A stretch of 55,524 nt of DNA, filler included, from Convolutriloba macropyga (Eukaryota): NCBI RefSeq assembly GCF_964194025.1. It is 2 parts of 2 records of this genome, joined end to end, with 100 filler letters (N's around TTAATTAATTAA, not from the genome) between each part and the next. Parts side by side here need not be neighbours in the genome. Positions count along the whole stretch, not along the records: positions 1 to 31,237 come from NC_134477.1; positions 31,338 to 55,524 come from NC_134473.1. One strand, 5' to 3'. Shown in pieces: positions 23,901 to 36,349 of the stretch (within the stretch, counting starts at the first letter, position 1; each line of letters opens with the position of its first letter). The notes under the pieces were generated by a model that saw only the letters and a list, made by a program, of their open reading frames with translations, was not told where the DNA came from and did not search any database. A program made the translations under genes and the position numbers.

Positions 23901-26900
23901 AAAAAAACAATTAATCGAGACAGCTTGAAGTAATTTCTTTAAATTGCTTTTTGAGTGTTTAATCATTATTGTCAATGGCAATGTGCTAGTTAGTGAAACA
24001 AAAAAGAAAGCTGTGAAAAACCGTTTAAAAACTTTTAGCCAAGAAAAAAAGAAATGTTCAGAATTGTTGGTTTCTTTTGCTATCTTTAATTGAAAATCGT
24101 GTAGAGCATAAAAAAGAATGCGTTTTAATGGGTTGATATGACGCAAACATCCGGTTTGGAATTAAAAACAATTCTCTTGTAAGCTTTACACTTTTCCCAA
24201 TTAAGGATAGCAATAGAAACCAGTTTCAGTTCTGACCATTTCAGTTTCTTTGGCTGAAAGTTGCATATTTTGTTTGAAATTTATTCTATTTGATAAAATT
24301 TTTTGAGTGGTTTCTTTCAGGGTTCTATTTTTGATTTATTAACTGACACGTTGCCAATGACAAAAATCAGTAAACAGTTTTGTTTTTCTATGTGATGTAT
24401 CTAGCATCTGCCGCCTCTAGATTCTACTTCTTTCTCTCTCGTTAGTTAGTTTTTGATAACAGATTTAGCTAAGCGAAGGTTAAATTTTGTGGTCATTGAG
24501 GACCAATATTTGAAAAATAGCGTAGGACGTCAGATGCTTTTGGATCTAAGTCAAATAACAGTTATCCAAAATGCTTTCTTGTTGCTAGCTCATAACATTC
24601 TTTCAAAATTGCGTGTTTTTTAGTTGTCGACCAAAAAAAGAATTTTTTGCGCGTCACTGGGTGATTTGGAAAAAATGATATGTGTTGTTTCCAGCCCAAT
24701 TGCTCCAGTCCAATTGGTCTGTTGAAACAATTTATTTTTCACAAAAATTACACTGATATTTCTGTGTCGTCCAGCAGTTGCTACTTTTGAAAACTCTCTG
24801 TCATTGAAATTATCTTTACGTAAGTCGTCGAAGACAAACAGATGGTTTTTTTATCTCCGAAATGTATTCAAAATCAGAAAAGCTGTTAAAATTTATGTCC
24901 TACTTTCCCTCTAATGACTGCAATGTTGACTGATTGTGCTCACGAAAACAGTTTTTGAGAACTGGTACTTGGCAAAAATGTACCAAGTAGTAACGTTTTC
25001 AAAATGAGATCAAGTTTCCTACAAGAGGATGGCCCATGCACAGCCATGATCAACCTGTCAGAAGTGGAAACTCTTTTATTCGTAAATTGGGTTTCGATGT
25101 ATCAACATTTTAGGTTGCTCATTTCTCTTAAACAGTTGGTTAAGCGTTTCCCAGTTACAACATATGAATGAAATAATTTCCACCTCTGACAGGTTGTTCA
25201 TGGTTGTCTGCGGGCTATCTTGGTGTGGGAAAACTAATCTGATATCCATAACGTTACTACTTAGTATATTTTCACTAGTACTTAATCAATTTGATTTTTC
25301 AGCGCAATTAGCTCAAATTTCACTCGTTAGAGAAGAAACTGAACAGAGTTAAAGTTATTTTTGGGTTTTGAACTATCGGCTTGTTTTTTATAACTTAAAT
25401 GAAGAAATTTTCAGCAACAATGATTTTTCAAAATTATCAACTGCCTGACGAGACAGAAACATCATTGTAATTTACCTGAAGCACAACTTGTTCCGTTAAA
25501 ACAAGTTGCCTAGAAAAATTAATTTGAGTAAAATGCGTTTCATATTGTTCAAATCACCACTTGACGCGCAAAAAACTGTGTTTATTGGTCGACAAATAAA
25601 AAATTTGCATTTTTTTTAAAGATTGTTTTGAGCTAGCAATAAGAAAGCAATTTGGTTATATGTTAGTTGACTTAGATCAAAACACATTTGTCGTTCTACC
25701 TCATGGTTCAAAAATTGGTCCTCCAGGATCATCAAAATTCTATCTTCCCTAGGCTAAATCTGTTTTCACAAATTTAACTGATGAGAGAGTGAGAAGTATG
25801 TATGCTTCGGCAGTTGCTAGATACATCAGATTAAAAAAAACAATTAATCGAGACAGCTTGAAGTAATTTCTTTAAATTGCTTTTTGAGTGTTTAATCATT
25901 ATTGTCAATGGCAATGTGCTAGTTAATGAAACAAAAAAGAAAGCTGTGAAAAACCGTTTAAAAACTTTTAGCCAAGAAAAAAAGAAATGTTCAGAATTGT
26001 TGGTTTCTTTTGCTATCTTTAATTGAAAATCGTGTAGAGCATAAAAAAGAATGCGTTTTAATTCAAAAACGGATGTATGTGTCACATCAGCTGGTTGAAA
26101 AAAAGTTCTACAAATCCTATTTATGAACACGAAGCAGCTCAATTATCATTTTTCAAAGAGACCAGTCTGCGAAATCGAAGCAGGAACAACCCAATACCAC
26201 TACGAGTAGCGTTCACAAAAACGCGGCAGCAAAGGCAGCAAAAATTGTCAGAACCAGTCAGCAAAGACAGGGATATTGAACCAATAGTGACAAAACGAAA
26301 AGATATAGTTATGAGTCTATAGCTTCCGGATTCGAAACAATGAAAAAACCAAAATAAGGGATTTTAGTTTTTACTTCATGCAATCTTATCATGCAATCTC
26401 CATAAATTTCATAGAAGGGAATGATAGACTTTATATCAACAAAAAACCAGTTGGTGTTAAACTTCCCATTCTTGGTATAATTTGCAGCAACCATCAAAAA
26501 AATTGAAATTGAAAATATTCTTAGAGTTTGAATATCACGTATCACCTCATTTGGTTGTGAACGCTTATACCAAGCAATTCTTGGGAGCCTCGTCGGAAAC
26601 TGATCAAGAATTTTCCCCCAGCCGACAGGAAGCCAGCAGCATTGGCTCGAAATTAACACCAAAAATGATAACAAAGAAGCAACCGACAAAATGGAAGAGG
26701 CCAGTCAGAAGATGTTGTCTTCCCTTTCTTGAAATTGAAAAAAAATTGGATCAATTTTTCATAAAGGCACCAGCTTCGTATGGAGGCAGAAAGAAATACA
26801 CAATCAGAGCAAGCTCTCTTTAGAATAAGTGTAAATCAATTTTTAGACACGAAACCCTCTTTCACAAAGTGCCGTGCAGTTCGAATAAAATTTCCCAACT

Positions 26901-26935
26901 AAAGTTTTTGTGAATGATATATATGAAGTTTGGTC
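20977..26935. repeat. Recent tandem duplicate of 16312-20976, with a ~630-bp deletion and a nested ~1.93-kb tandem duplication
   Basis: Near-identical ORFs recur at 16355/21019, 17859/21886, 18601/22628 and 19205/23232/25164. Junctions at ~20977, ~21445 and ~24129. Confidence 0.9.
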
Positions 26936-27640
26936 ACTGGTTTTGGTGAAGGCCGACAAGCTAGCAATATTTAACCGTCATAAAAGTATATTCTGGTAGC
27001 AGTTGACTGCTTTTCAAGGTATTTAGGAGTGCAACACTTGGAGTCAAAATATGCGGCGCAATCAGCTAGAACAATCCAGAAGATGATCAAAAACAGACAA
27101 CCATAGTATTGGTTTACGATGGTACATAATTCCTTGGAGCATTTAAAGAATTGCGCAACAAGCATGGAAATCAATTGTTTAGTACTTCGAGCAAAAACGT
27201 CAGCGTTTGCAGAGAGGAGAATTAGATAACTCGACGAAATAATTCACAGTCAACTTGATAGGAAATGGACCTGTTCCTACATTGACCAATTAGACTAATT
27301 TGTGAAAGCAATCTATTGAATAGCCAATTGAGCAACTGAATTTGCACCAATTAAATTTATAAAAAAAGATATGCCACGTCTAGAGTCATTGATTGCCCAA
27401 ACAAGCACAACGCAAACACCCAAGGTTTACGTCGTAGATTTCATGAGAATAATTAAAATGGATGAAACTGTCAGAAAAAATTACAAGCAATCGTTCCAGG
27501 ACGATTTCTCTCAAATAACCGGAATACCAACTTTAAACCCACCAACAAACTCTTTAGAAGACGCTGACAAAAACTCAATTAAGGAAAATTTTATCTACAA
27601 AAATTACAATTTGTCAGGCTTCTTTTGGAAAAAAAAATGT
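26750..27640 (+). pseudogene. Polinton integrase remnant
   Basis: KAPASYG..FLDTKPSFTK..KVFVNDIYEVWSL..YILVAVDCFSRYL..DGT*FLGAFK..SAFAERRI. Confidence 0.8.
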
Positions 27641-27719
27641 CCGGCTGGTGGTTTGATTTCAAGTTCAAAATGTTGTCAACAGAAACTTCAATGTAGACAA
27701 TCTAAAGGACTTTGAAGAT

Positions 27720-28355
27720 TCTCAAATGATGTTTTCTGGGGCCAAAGATTTTTCAAGAATTTATAGCGGATAAAAATTGGTTTTATGCCAAAAAAATTTG
27801 ATACAGTAGCACAACCCCTTGCCAATGTTCAGCGCGTTGTTGGATTGCACAGTTTTTATTTCAGAGAGCTGATAAGCTCTGCAAATGCAAAACTTTGGTT
27901 GACAAGAAATAAGAATTTACATTTTCCAATCTTGAAAATCTGAGAATAATTGACTTTAAAGGTATTCTTGACGGTAAATGAAAACATATCGGGTACAAAG
28001 TGAATCCAAAAGCAAACAGGCTTACAAAAAGTGATGAAACAAAAGCATATTATTTCGAGTTTCCAGCCGACTTTTGTGCTGGAAAGCGTATAATTTTCAT
28101 CTATACCAAAATAATTAATACTTTTTAAGTCGGTGACACTAAGGTGCTTTTTTGAGAGTCAATGATTCGAAAGAAATTCTGAAAAAAGGTAGTGTGTGAG
28201 AGATTGAACCAACTCATCGGGACGTTTTAACAAAATTACACTACAAGAAGCTGTTGACCAACACAATTCAGCACGTTTCAATTGAATTGCGGACGGAGAC
28301 CGGAAAATAAGTCACTTTTTCGGGAACTGAAAAAATAATTCTAACATTATGATGC
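27720..28355 (+). pseudogene. Minor capsid (penton-like) remnant
   Basis: MFSGAKDFSRIYSG mirrors the left arm. Also PADFCAGKRIIFIYT..VGDTKV and YKKLLTNTIQHVSIELRTETGK.VTFSGTEKIILTL. Confidence 0.72.
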
Positions 28356-28399
28356 TAATCAAGCTACTATCTTTAACCTGAAAAGCAAACAGAAGCCTT

Positions 28400-28850
28400 T
28401 TGGCCCCAACAGACCTTCACAATTGTTAACAAGAAGATATGTTTGCAAGGGAACCAATTCGCCGACTTGTAATCTGCTTAAAAACAAAGGAAGTCCTTCT
28501 GCAAAATGTAATTCAATTTCAAAAACTCAAACGTGAGCAGATCTATGTATCAGTACCTACCAACGATGACAAAGGTCTTTACTTTAATACAATATTGGAT
28601 CTAGTTTAAATTGATAAAGGACATGGAACAAGTATGACCGATTTCTCCTAACAATTTGTCTTGTTTTTCAATTTACCAGCACCTAACAGGCATACCACGA
28701 CACCATTTACCCTAAACTGAGAAAAAATTGAATCTCTATCGAGTTGAAAATTTCCGCTGCCTTACCAAACAAAACGGAGATTTCCATTATCGGCGAAGAA
28801 CTAGTACAATTTTTGCTGATAACGCAAGAACTGTATCATAGAATCAAATC
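28400..28850 (+). pseudogene. Major capsid C-terminal fragment
   Basis: EDMFAREPIRRLVICL; LYFNTILDL..DKGHG; SIELKISAALPNKTEISIIGE. Confidence 0.65.
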
Positions 28851-28861
28851 TTGGCAAAATA

Positions 28862-29250
28862 ATGATGAACGAAAGCGATATCAACGACTTGACTCAAATG
28901 TGTGTGCTGCTCAAAAGCAAATTACTTGTTGATTTGCTGCAAATAATTCACCTCAAATTGGAAATAAAAAGAGCTTCCTAATAGTTAACGCAGCAACTGC
29001 AAAAACATTTGCGCTCAGACGGTACAAAGATGTCCACCAGATAAGAAAAATTCCTCCGAAAGAATATGTGAAAGTTTATCAGCTGCTGAAGGATCAATCA
29101 GATCAAATTAGCACTTCAAAATTTGTGAACTTTTTGTGTTATATTGTTTATTACTCCACTCATGTTTTGGGATTGGAAAATGCGTACCCAATTTTGCAAG
29201 AGAGAAGAAAAACAAAATGTTGATTATGTGCAATCAGGTTTGAGAAACAC
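28862..29250 (+). pseudogene. Adenoviral-type protease remnant
   Basis: MNESDINDL..FAANN..SFLIVNAA..QLLKDQ..CELFCVI. Homologous to 14560-14900. Confidence 0.65.
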
Positions 29251-29914
29251 TAAATTGATCAGAGAAACAGTTATCAGTCAAAGTGTTAAAAATATTTGTA
29301 AAATGTACAACTTCTGATAGAGGGAACCTCGAATTACAGAACCTCCATTACGTTCTCCTTTACTTATCGGCGTCGAGTACCAAATAATTTATACCTCCAA
29401 CCAAATCTAACTGACCTTCTTTTTGAATCAACTTTAAAATGCATTTAGTGGATAACGGAATTGTAAAAATATTTTAAGACACTACTATTTGGCAGTATAT
29501 TTTTCACAAAAATGCTGTAAGTTATTATTTGATTTGCAAGTATTGAGTTTAAATTGTCTGAAAACAATGGAATCTACCTTATTTTTTTTCAACCGCTGCT
29601 TGATTCCATCTTTTGGTGGAAGACTCTCATCGTCCAGAGAAATAAGAACTGGTATTGTACACTTGGGCATAAGTAAAGGGGTTGGTTTCAATCTTCGCAT
29701 TAAGTGTTGTATAAACATGATACATCAAAAAGTACTCCACGAGAATAGGAAACCACTTTGAAGCTTCTATTTCAGCAGCACTACCACACTCAATTCGTTT
29801 TCTCAGAACTGTATAACCGCGGGATTCAGTTTTATCTTTCTTGACCAGAGTTAATGCGAATTCATATTCATGTGCTATACAACGGTAGACTTTCAATCTT
29901 AGCGGCAAAAACAC

Positions 29915-30400
29915 ATGAAGTACTGCGAGAACACGGATTTTTCTTGCGCAATGCCCGTTACTCTGTCGTTTTGGGCAACTCAGTGCATTCAGGTAACAAA
30001 TTGGAGTTTCTTCCCATATAATTTCAATTTTTCACTATTTGGACAAGAAGAAGTCTTAAAAATTATCACGATCTTCTGCTTTAGTTTTTGGAGAGTACTT
30101 CTTTCTATCTGTGCCCCTGGCGTAAAAAACCGCAAGTGGAAATCTGAGAACAAGGCTGTCTAAGGTTTACTGCAAATAGTAGTGAGAATATTCTCCGGTT
30201 TCCAACAAAAGACTTTCAGTAACTTAGGATCCAACTAAAAAGAATTTTGATCACTTGAAGAGAACGTTGTGTATGATTTTGGCAGCACGAAAAAAGTTAT
30301 GTCGGTAATATTTTCGGTTGTAATAGCACGTTCTTTAGTAATAAGGCCAGATTTGTTTCGAAAGCTATTAAAATCAAGAATAACTGTTCGCAATATCAGC
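29915..30400 (-). pseudogene. Polinton accessory gene remnant, putative DEDD-type exonuclease-like protein
   Basis: TVILDFNSFR..LITKERAI..YARGTDRK..SCP..HCARK. A homologous remnant (SRHCARKE) lies on the plus strand near 14030-14050. Confidence 0.45.
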
Positions 30401-30889
30401 CTTCCAACAAACTGAAAAATCTTCCCTGAGAATTTTTACCTAAAGACAAAAAGCAAGGCCGGTCACGTGACCAAGATTGGGACTACACACGGTAAACGTA
30501 TGATTATCCTTTTTTGCTAAACACAGAAATAAAACTGGCAGCGTCTTGAGGGATAGCATTCAATCTCAAAATTTTAAAGGGTTTGAAATACTTGTCCCGC
30601 GGTTTTATATACCAATTATTCCTCCATAGGGACGCAGTTTGAGCGCCATGTCATGATCAATATTAGCATCCAAAACAAGTAAGTTGCTAATAAGTACAAA
30701 AATTTTTCGCTATTATCAGGAAAATTTGATATAAGAAATAAATAGTTTTCGTGAAAAATTCTTGTTTGCTGTGACAATCGTTGATGCCAATCCCTTCCCT
30801 TATAATATCAAAATGAAAATTTATTTCAATCTTGTACGATATTTTTTTTGCGTCTTCTCGTATGCGCTTTAGGAATGTAATTAAATACA

Positions 30890-31172
30890 GTAGTATCCGC
30901 ATGTAGCTATGGATTTTGCTATCAGCATATTAGCTATTATCCATCCATCATATATTATTGACACATTCTCAAACTCTATTATGCTTTGTTTAAGTTGGAC
31001 ATACCCATATTTTACCATGTTTAAATATCAATTAAAACCATACATTTGGTACCGTACTATCAACATATAATCATATACCATATTATCCGCATGCAATAAT
31101 AAATACCATATTATCAGCATGTATACTGACACGTTATTATCACCATGTAAATCTATACCATATTATCCTGCA
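30890..31172. repeat. Degenerate minisatellite (CCATATTATC(C/A)GCATG core)
   Basis: The core recurs several times, most clearly at 31078-31172. Confidence 0.55.
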
Positions 31173-31237
31173 TTGGATTTTTCTCTACTATCCTCAGGGC
31201 TTGATAGCCCCCTTTTTCTTAGTGCGCCTTGTGAATA

Positions 31238-31337
31238 NNNNNNNNNNNNNNNNNNNNNNNNNNNNNNNNNNNNNNNNNNNNTTAATTAATTAANNNNNNN
31301 NNNNNNNNNNNNNNNNNNNNNNNNNNNNNNNNNNNNN
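31238..31337. other. Artificial scaffold spacer: 44 N + TTAATTAATTAA + 44 N
   Basis: Exactly 100 bp and symmetric. The 12-mer at 31282-31293 gives stop codons in all six frames. Confidence 0.93.
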
Positions 31338-32039
31338 CCTAGAGACAGACATATGAGGCTTTTTATTTTTGTGTCGACCTCATCCCATGGGATGTTTTCC
31401 ACGTATGGGCCTTTGTCTTAGATTGCTAGACATTGGTTTTGCCAGTCGGCTTTGCGTTTTATATTTCTTTGTTCACGTTGCCTTTTCTCGGTTGTTGTTT
31501 CGTCTGATGTGGGTGGTTCGTACATGGGTTCATGCGGGTAACCTAGTTCACCGTTTTCTGGTTTGGGTCTGAGTAGTTTTTCTGCTTGTATGTTTTCTTT
31601 GGCTGCTATTGCCGGCTTTGCTGTACTAACTCATTTTTCCCACACCATATTTGGTTGTGGTCCCTTGTCGCAATAAAGTGTAACCCCGATTGGGGATTTC
31701 GCATTTGCTGAGTGCGCCATGTGGTTAATTCAAATGAGCAGTTTCAATCTTTTTCAATTGAGCTGTTTGTTGTTAGAGTTAGGGCAAAAAGCGGTGATTC
31801 ATTCACAGCTTAAGAGAAGTAGAGGCGCGACCAGACAATACCTGTCAGCGCTATGTACAGTTAACTAAAAGTGACAGAAGTGTTATAACATGTTGATAAA
31901 AAGATTACTGCGCAAGAGTGAAAAGACTAACTGAACTGAGTCCGAATGGATTGGACAAATTATATGAATGATTGGTCTGTATGGGCGAATAGCATAATAG
32001 TATATGTATTTTAGCAACGTTTATAACAATAGTTGAGTC

Positions 32040-32870
32040 TTGGTTTCCTCTTAGGGATATTTCCGTACCACAGTTTTCAAAAGCAACAATAACGTTTTGT
32101 GCTCTTTTTTACCACTTTCAACGTCTATGTCAAACGAAAAATGAAAAGGGTTAGATACATTTTTATTACGAGCTTTTCTTTCATAGAAATTGAAATCAAT
32201 ATTGATCTTTTAGGCAAAACTTTATGCAATTTTAACCTAATATCATTATTTGGATCTAGACAAGACACACATTATGAAATATCGAATATTTCTAATTTCC
32301 ATTAGCGCCAGCACCAACTCTAAAGAATCCTGTTCTATTACTAATATTTAGCTTCAATGATAGTTCAAATCCCAGACTACAGATAATTTTTTCAAGATTT
32401 TTTTAATGAAATTGAATAGCTCTGTCATCTTTACTGTCATGTACATGTATAGAGCAGCAGAATCACCTTTTAGTTGATTGTCTCTTTTGGTTTTACATTT
32501 GAGAAAAGCAGATTCATGTTCGTCACCAATATTTGCAAAAATCTTGTACATTGAAAGATAATGAAAGCAATGATCTATATACTCGATTGTTTTACCCCCA
32601 TATGTTTCAATTTTAATTGAAGTAGACAGAGTCAAAGTAGTGTAATTGATGAAAATTTATTTTAGCACAATATCCAAAAATATCCAAAAAGAACCCTCAT
32701 GATTTAAAACCTAAATCAATCTCCAAGTACAAATATTGTAAATTTTAATGAGTTTCTTCCATGTTTAGTAGAATAATTATGTTTTTATTATCAGCATTCA
32801 TTGCTGCTAATTTAATAGGTTTATAATCTAACTTTTAAGAATATCATTGTTCTACTTGGAAGTTGCATTT
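32040..32870 (-). pseudogene. Putative major capsid-like protein remnant
   Basis: LDYKPIKLAAMN..EETH*NL..YLE; GGKTIEYIDH..MYK..DEHESAF..RDNQLKGD; FNFYERK..FDIDVESG..VIVAFEN. Resembles Polinton-like virus MCPs from memory only. Confidence 0.5.
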
Positions 32871-32989
32871 AGATTAAAATTCATTTTTCTTTTGTTAAAA
32901 AAAAGAAAATTCTTATTAAAAAACAATATAGTATTAAATTTACTCAATCCAATTAGTCAATAAGACATATCTCAATCTGTAACATGACA

Positions 32990-33450
32990 GTGTTTCAATT
33001 TTGACCAAAACCAGACAAAACGACACTACCTCAAATTTCAAAAGAACTGGGCACAATAAGACATTTCTTTTTTGGTACATGTGTCATTGTATCAATTTCA
33101 CCAAAAACGGACAAAATAACACATCTCATTTTGATGCATATTTTATTGTTTCATATTTCACCAAAATCGTACATGAAATGACCCCTCATTTTGGTAAATA
33201 TGACATTGTTTAATATTTCACCAAAGTAAGACAAAATATGACATATATCATAATTGGTAAATATAACATTGTTTCAATTTTCATCAAAATTGGCCAAAAT
33301 ATAACATTTCTTCAATTTTGACCAAGATCGGATAATATTAGGCTTATTTCGTTTTGGTACATACATCATTGTTTTATTTTTACCAAGACTGGACAAAATA
33401 AGACATCTCATTTCGTACGTATGTAATTGTTTCAGTTTTTAACCAAAACA
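32990..33450. repeat. ~60-bp tandem repeat, about 7 degenerate units
   Basis: TTTCACCAAA recurs at 33096, 33156 and 33216 (60-bp period). Each unit also has GACAAAATAA.ACAT.TCATTTTGGTA.AT..CATTGTTTCA. Confidence 0.8.
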
Positions 33451-33559
33451 GGTTGAATTGAGAAAAAGTTTGCATTTAAAAAAAACATTTAAACTAAATT
33501 GAGAAGGTATATTGTAACATCGTTTTGAATTGAAAACAACAAGTGACAAGCTTTAATGT

Positions 33560-34292
33560 TTTTATAAATGGATCATACATCATTAATGTTGGTAGAACTT
33601 AGAAAAAACAAGATAGTTTAGAAATACCACTAAAAAACATTAGATTTTAGAATGATAAAATGTTTTGAAATTTTTCACTTCAAGGAACTTGTACTTAATG
33701 CTAAGAAGATTGGTTCAATAAGACTTTCGGTTTACATTTCAAGGCTTAATGTTAGTGAACGAAAAAATAATTTCGTTTTAGGAGTAGGAAACACAAAGGG
33801 AACAATTTTTGAATTAACCCGAGGGGCAACTGAATTGATAGAAATAGCCGAGGTAGTTAAAAATAAAACAAGTGGTAACTTTATCATAGCAGCAGATAAG
33901 AAATATATGAATTGCTGAATGATAGTTTTGGGTGCATTTGACTTCAATGTGGAGAACACAATTACTTCATTATTTGGATATGAAAAAAAGTTTATACAGC
34001 TGGTGAATACGTAGTTGATAAAATTGGTGATATTATGGGATTCAATACGATTACCATTCATTGCAACATTGTGAACGGTATTAAAGATAAGGGTAACGAC
34101 ATTGACATAGTTTAAAATTTTAATCCAATAGAAGTGCCAGGCTATATGATAAATACTACATCGACTATTGTGTTATATCAAATTGTGACAAAACCTAAAT
34201 TTTTTTAATGTAGAATTCAGTGTCAAAGATGAAGAGGGAAGACTAATTGACTTTATTGGTGATGTTCTGAGTTTTAATTTAAATCTGGTCTA
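33560..34292 (+). pseudogene. Putative minor capsid (penton-like) remnant
   Basis: FNVENTITSLFGYEK..DIMGFNTITIHCN..PGYMIN..LYQIVTK..VKDEEGRLIDFIGDVLSFNLNLV. The C-terminal DExGRxIDF motif is present. A partial repeat lies at ~34420-34495. Confidence 0.55.
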
Positions 34293-34699
34293 GACAATTT
34301 TTTTTACTAGCAGCTAATATTAAAATTAATGTGTAGCAAAAATTGCAAACAGGAATTTTTTTGAAGAAGTCACAGCTGGTCAATTCAACAAAAATCAATA
34401 ATTAATTTTATTATTCATACAGACAATAACAAAACCTAGAATTGAAAATATAGAGTTTATTGTTAAGGATGGTGATGTTTTAAACTTCACATAACACAAA
34501 ACTTTAGTAATTCAAGCGATGAAAAGAAATGCTCTACTGAAAAAACTCTATATAATTATTAGTATGAAAAGTTATTGAAACGAATAATAAAGACAATTAA
34601 AGAGTATTAAAGACAAAGAAAAATAAATATAATTTTAGTCATGTCACTATAAATTTAAAATCCTTCTTCAGAAGCTGTTTTCATAATTTTTAGTTGTTA

Positions 34700-35350
34700 C
34701 TATCATACTATTCCGTAATACCAATTGGCTCATAATTCACCATTGATGTTCTTATCTTTAAATTTATCAATAAAAATATCTGTAGGGCTTATTGCTTGCC
34801 TCATTACATAATGTAATAAAAACAGGACAAGTATTCTCTTCATTATTGAAAAGTCTCCGCGAATACTCGCCACAACTTTACCTCTTTGTTTAAAGATAAA
34901 GAAAAAATTCTATAACAAATATTTCGATTGAGATATATCATGTTACAATTTTCGTGCCTACCTCTGATAAAATACTTATTTATTAATTTTTGGTTAAACT
35001 TTGTCAAATATCAATAAACACTTTTTCTCTTTATCTAATTCTTCAGATTCCGGTCAATATATTTGTCAATATCTTCCGGTCAATATCCTTGTATTGATCG
35101 CCTGTTGGACCGATTATATAAATAAAGATTATCAAAATAAAGTTCAATGAATGATAAGTTCATTAAAAGTTGAGTTTTACCAAATTCAATAGGAGCAGAG
35201 GTCATTCATCTAAATCTCTGAGGAAATAAGCCACCACCGTTATTGTGATTATCTGTTTTTATCAATTCTTTTTTATTGTTAATGTTTTATCTATTTTCAT
35301 GAAAACCTTTTTTATCGTCGCTTTCTTTTAGTTCACTGTTATTGGTTTTT
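34700..35350 (-). pseudogene. Packaging ATPase remnant (second family)
   Basis: NNGGGLFPQ..FGKTQLLM (Walker A), GPTGDQY, YFIRGRHENCNMIYLN (A32-family GRH motif). Confidence 0.7.
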
Positions 35351-36349
35351 ACTTTATTGATTCTCTTACTATCATGTTATTTTATCGTTTTGACAACAGT
35401 AGATAACCAATCCCTCTGTCGCTCGTCACCTAAATATGTCAGAGTCAATTCAATATTAAACTCTTGATCGACTAAACATAGTAAAAGTAAACAACAAGCA
35501 CAACAAAAAGATTAACTGATTGATTGTTTTTATCTTGAGAGCCCTAATTAACATATTAGTTGAGAAAAATGGCTGATAATACAACACCAAAGCTGTCAAT
35601 GAGAAAAAAATTAAAATTTAAGACCCAATAAGTACCCAAAACTCAGACCCAATAAGTTCTTTTATTCCGACTTAAATTTACAACGATATTAAGTTACCTA
35701 TTATTGATTGTTTTCAGAATTTCATCTCTTATTATATTAATATCCAAAATGTGCATATTAGGCATGGCTTAATTTTTAATATTATGTTTGATTGAAAAAC
35801 ATTGAAGGATATAACGTTTATATTTGATGTAGATTTTTGTTCAAATGTGTTAAATATCTTGACAAAAATTTTTGTGGTATCTTTCTTATCTGACATATTT
35901 TTTCATGAGATTAAATAGGGTATTCTAAGTTGTACAAAAATAATTTTTTATGTTTGATTTTTCAGTAGTCTTTTTTTTAGCATCATCTGTTGGAAGCTTC
36001 TTTTGTTAAATAGAAATAATGGTAAAAATTAACTTTTCAACAAATAATGTTAAAAAGGATTTATCAAAAAACAAATCATTCTTCTCAATTATAATTTCTA
36101 AACTATCTGAAGATAAAAATATATTAGGAGTTATATATATCACAAGAACCGTTTGGTCTTTTATAGTATAATTATAAATCAAGTTGTTGCAAATAGAGCT
36201 TTTAGGTCATAAGTCCTCCTTCAATATTAGTATTATATCATCTCTTATCACCAGCCGAACATAGAGAAAGTTTCATAACTTTCTGTAATTTTTTAAATGT
36301 TTTAAATTACTGATAACATAATTATCTTTATTCATTTTATCTTCTCGTC

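Larger units (their letters stand above)
25164..30430 (+). mobile_element. Decayed Polinton/Maverick module, right arm (ATPase > small ORFs > INT > minor capsid > MCP fragment > protease, plus opposite-strand exonuclease-like gene)
   Basis: Same gene order as the left arm, on the opposite strand. Confidence 0.82.
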
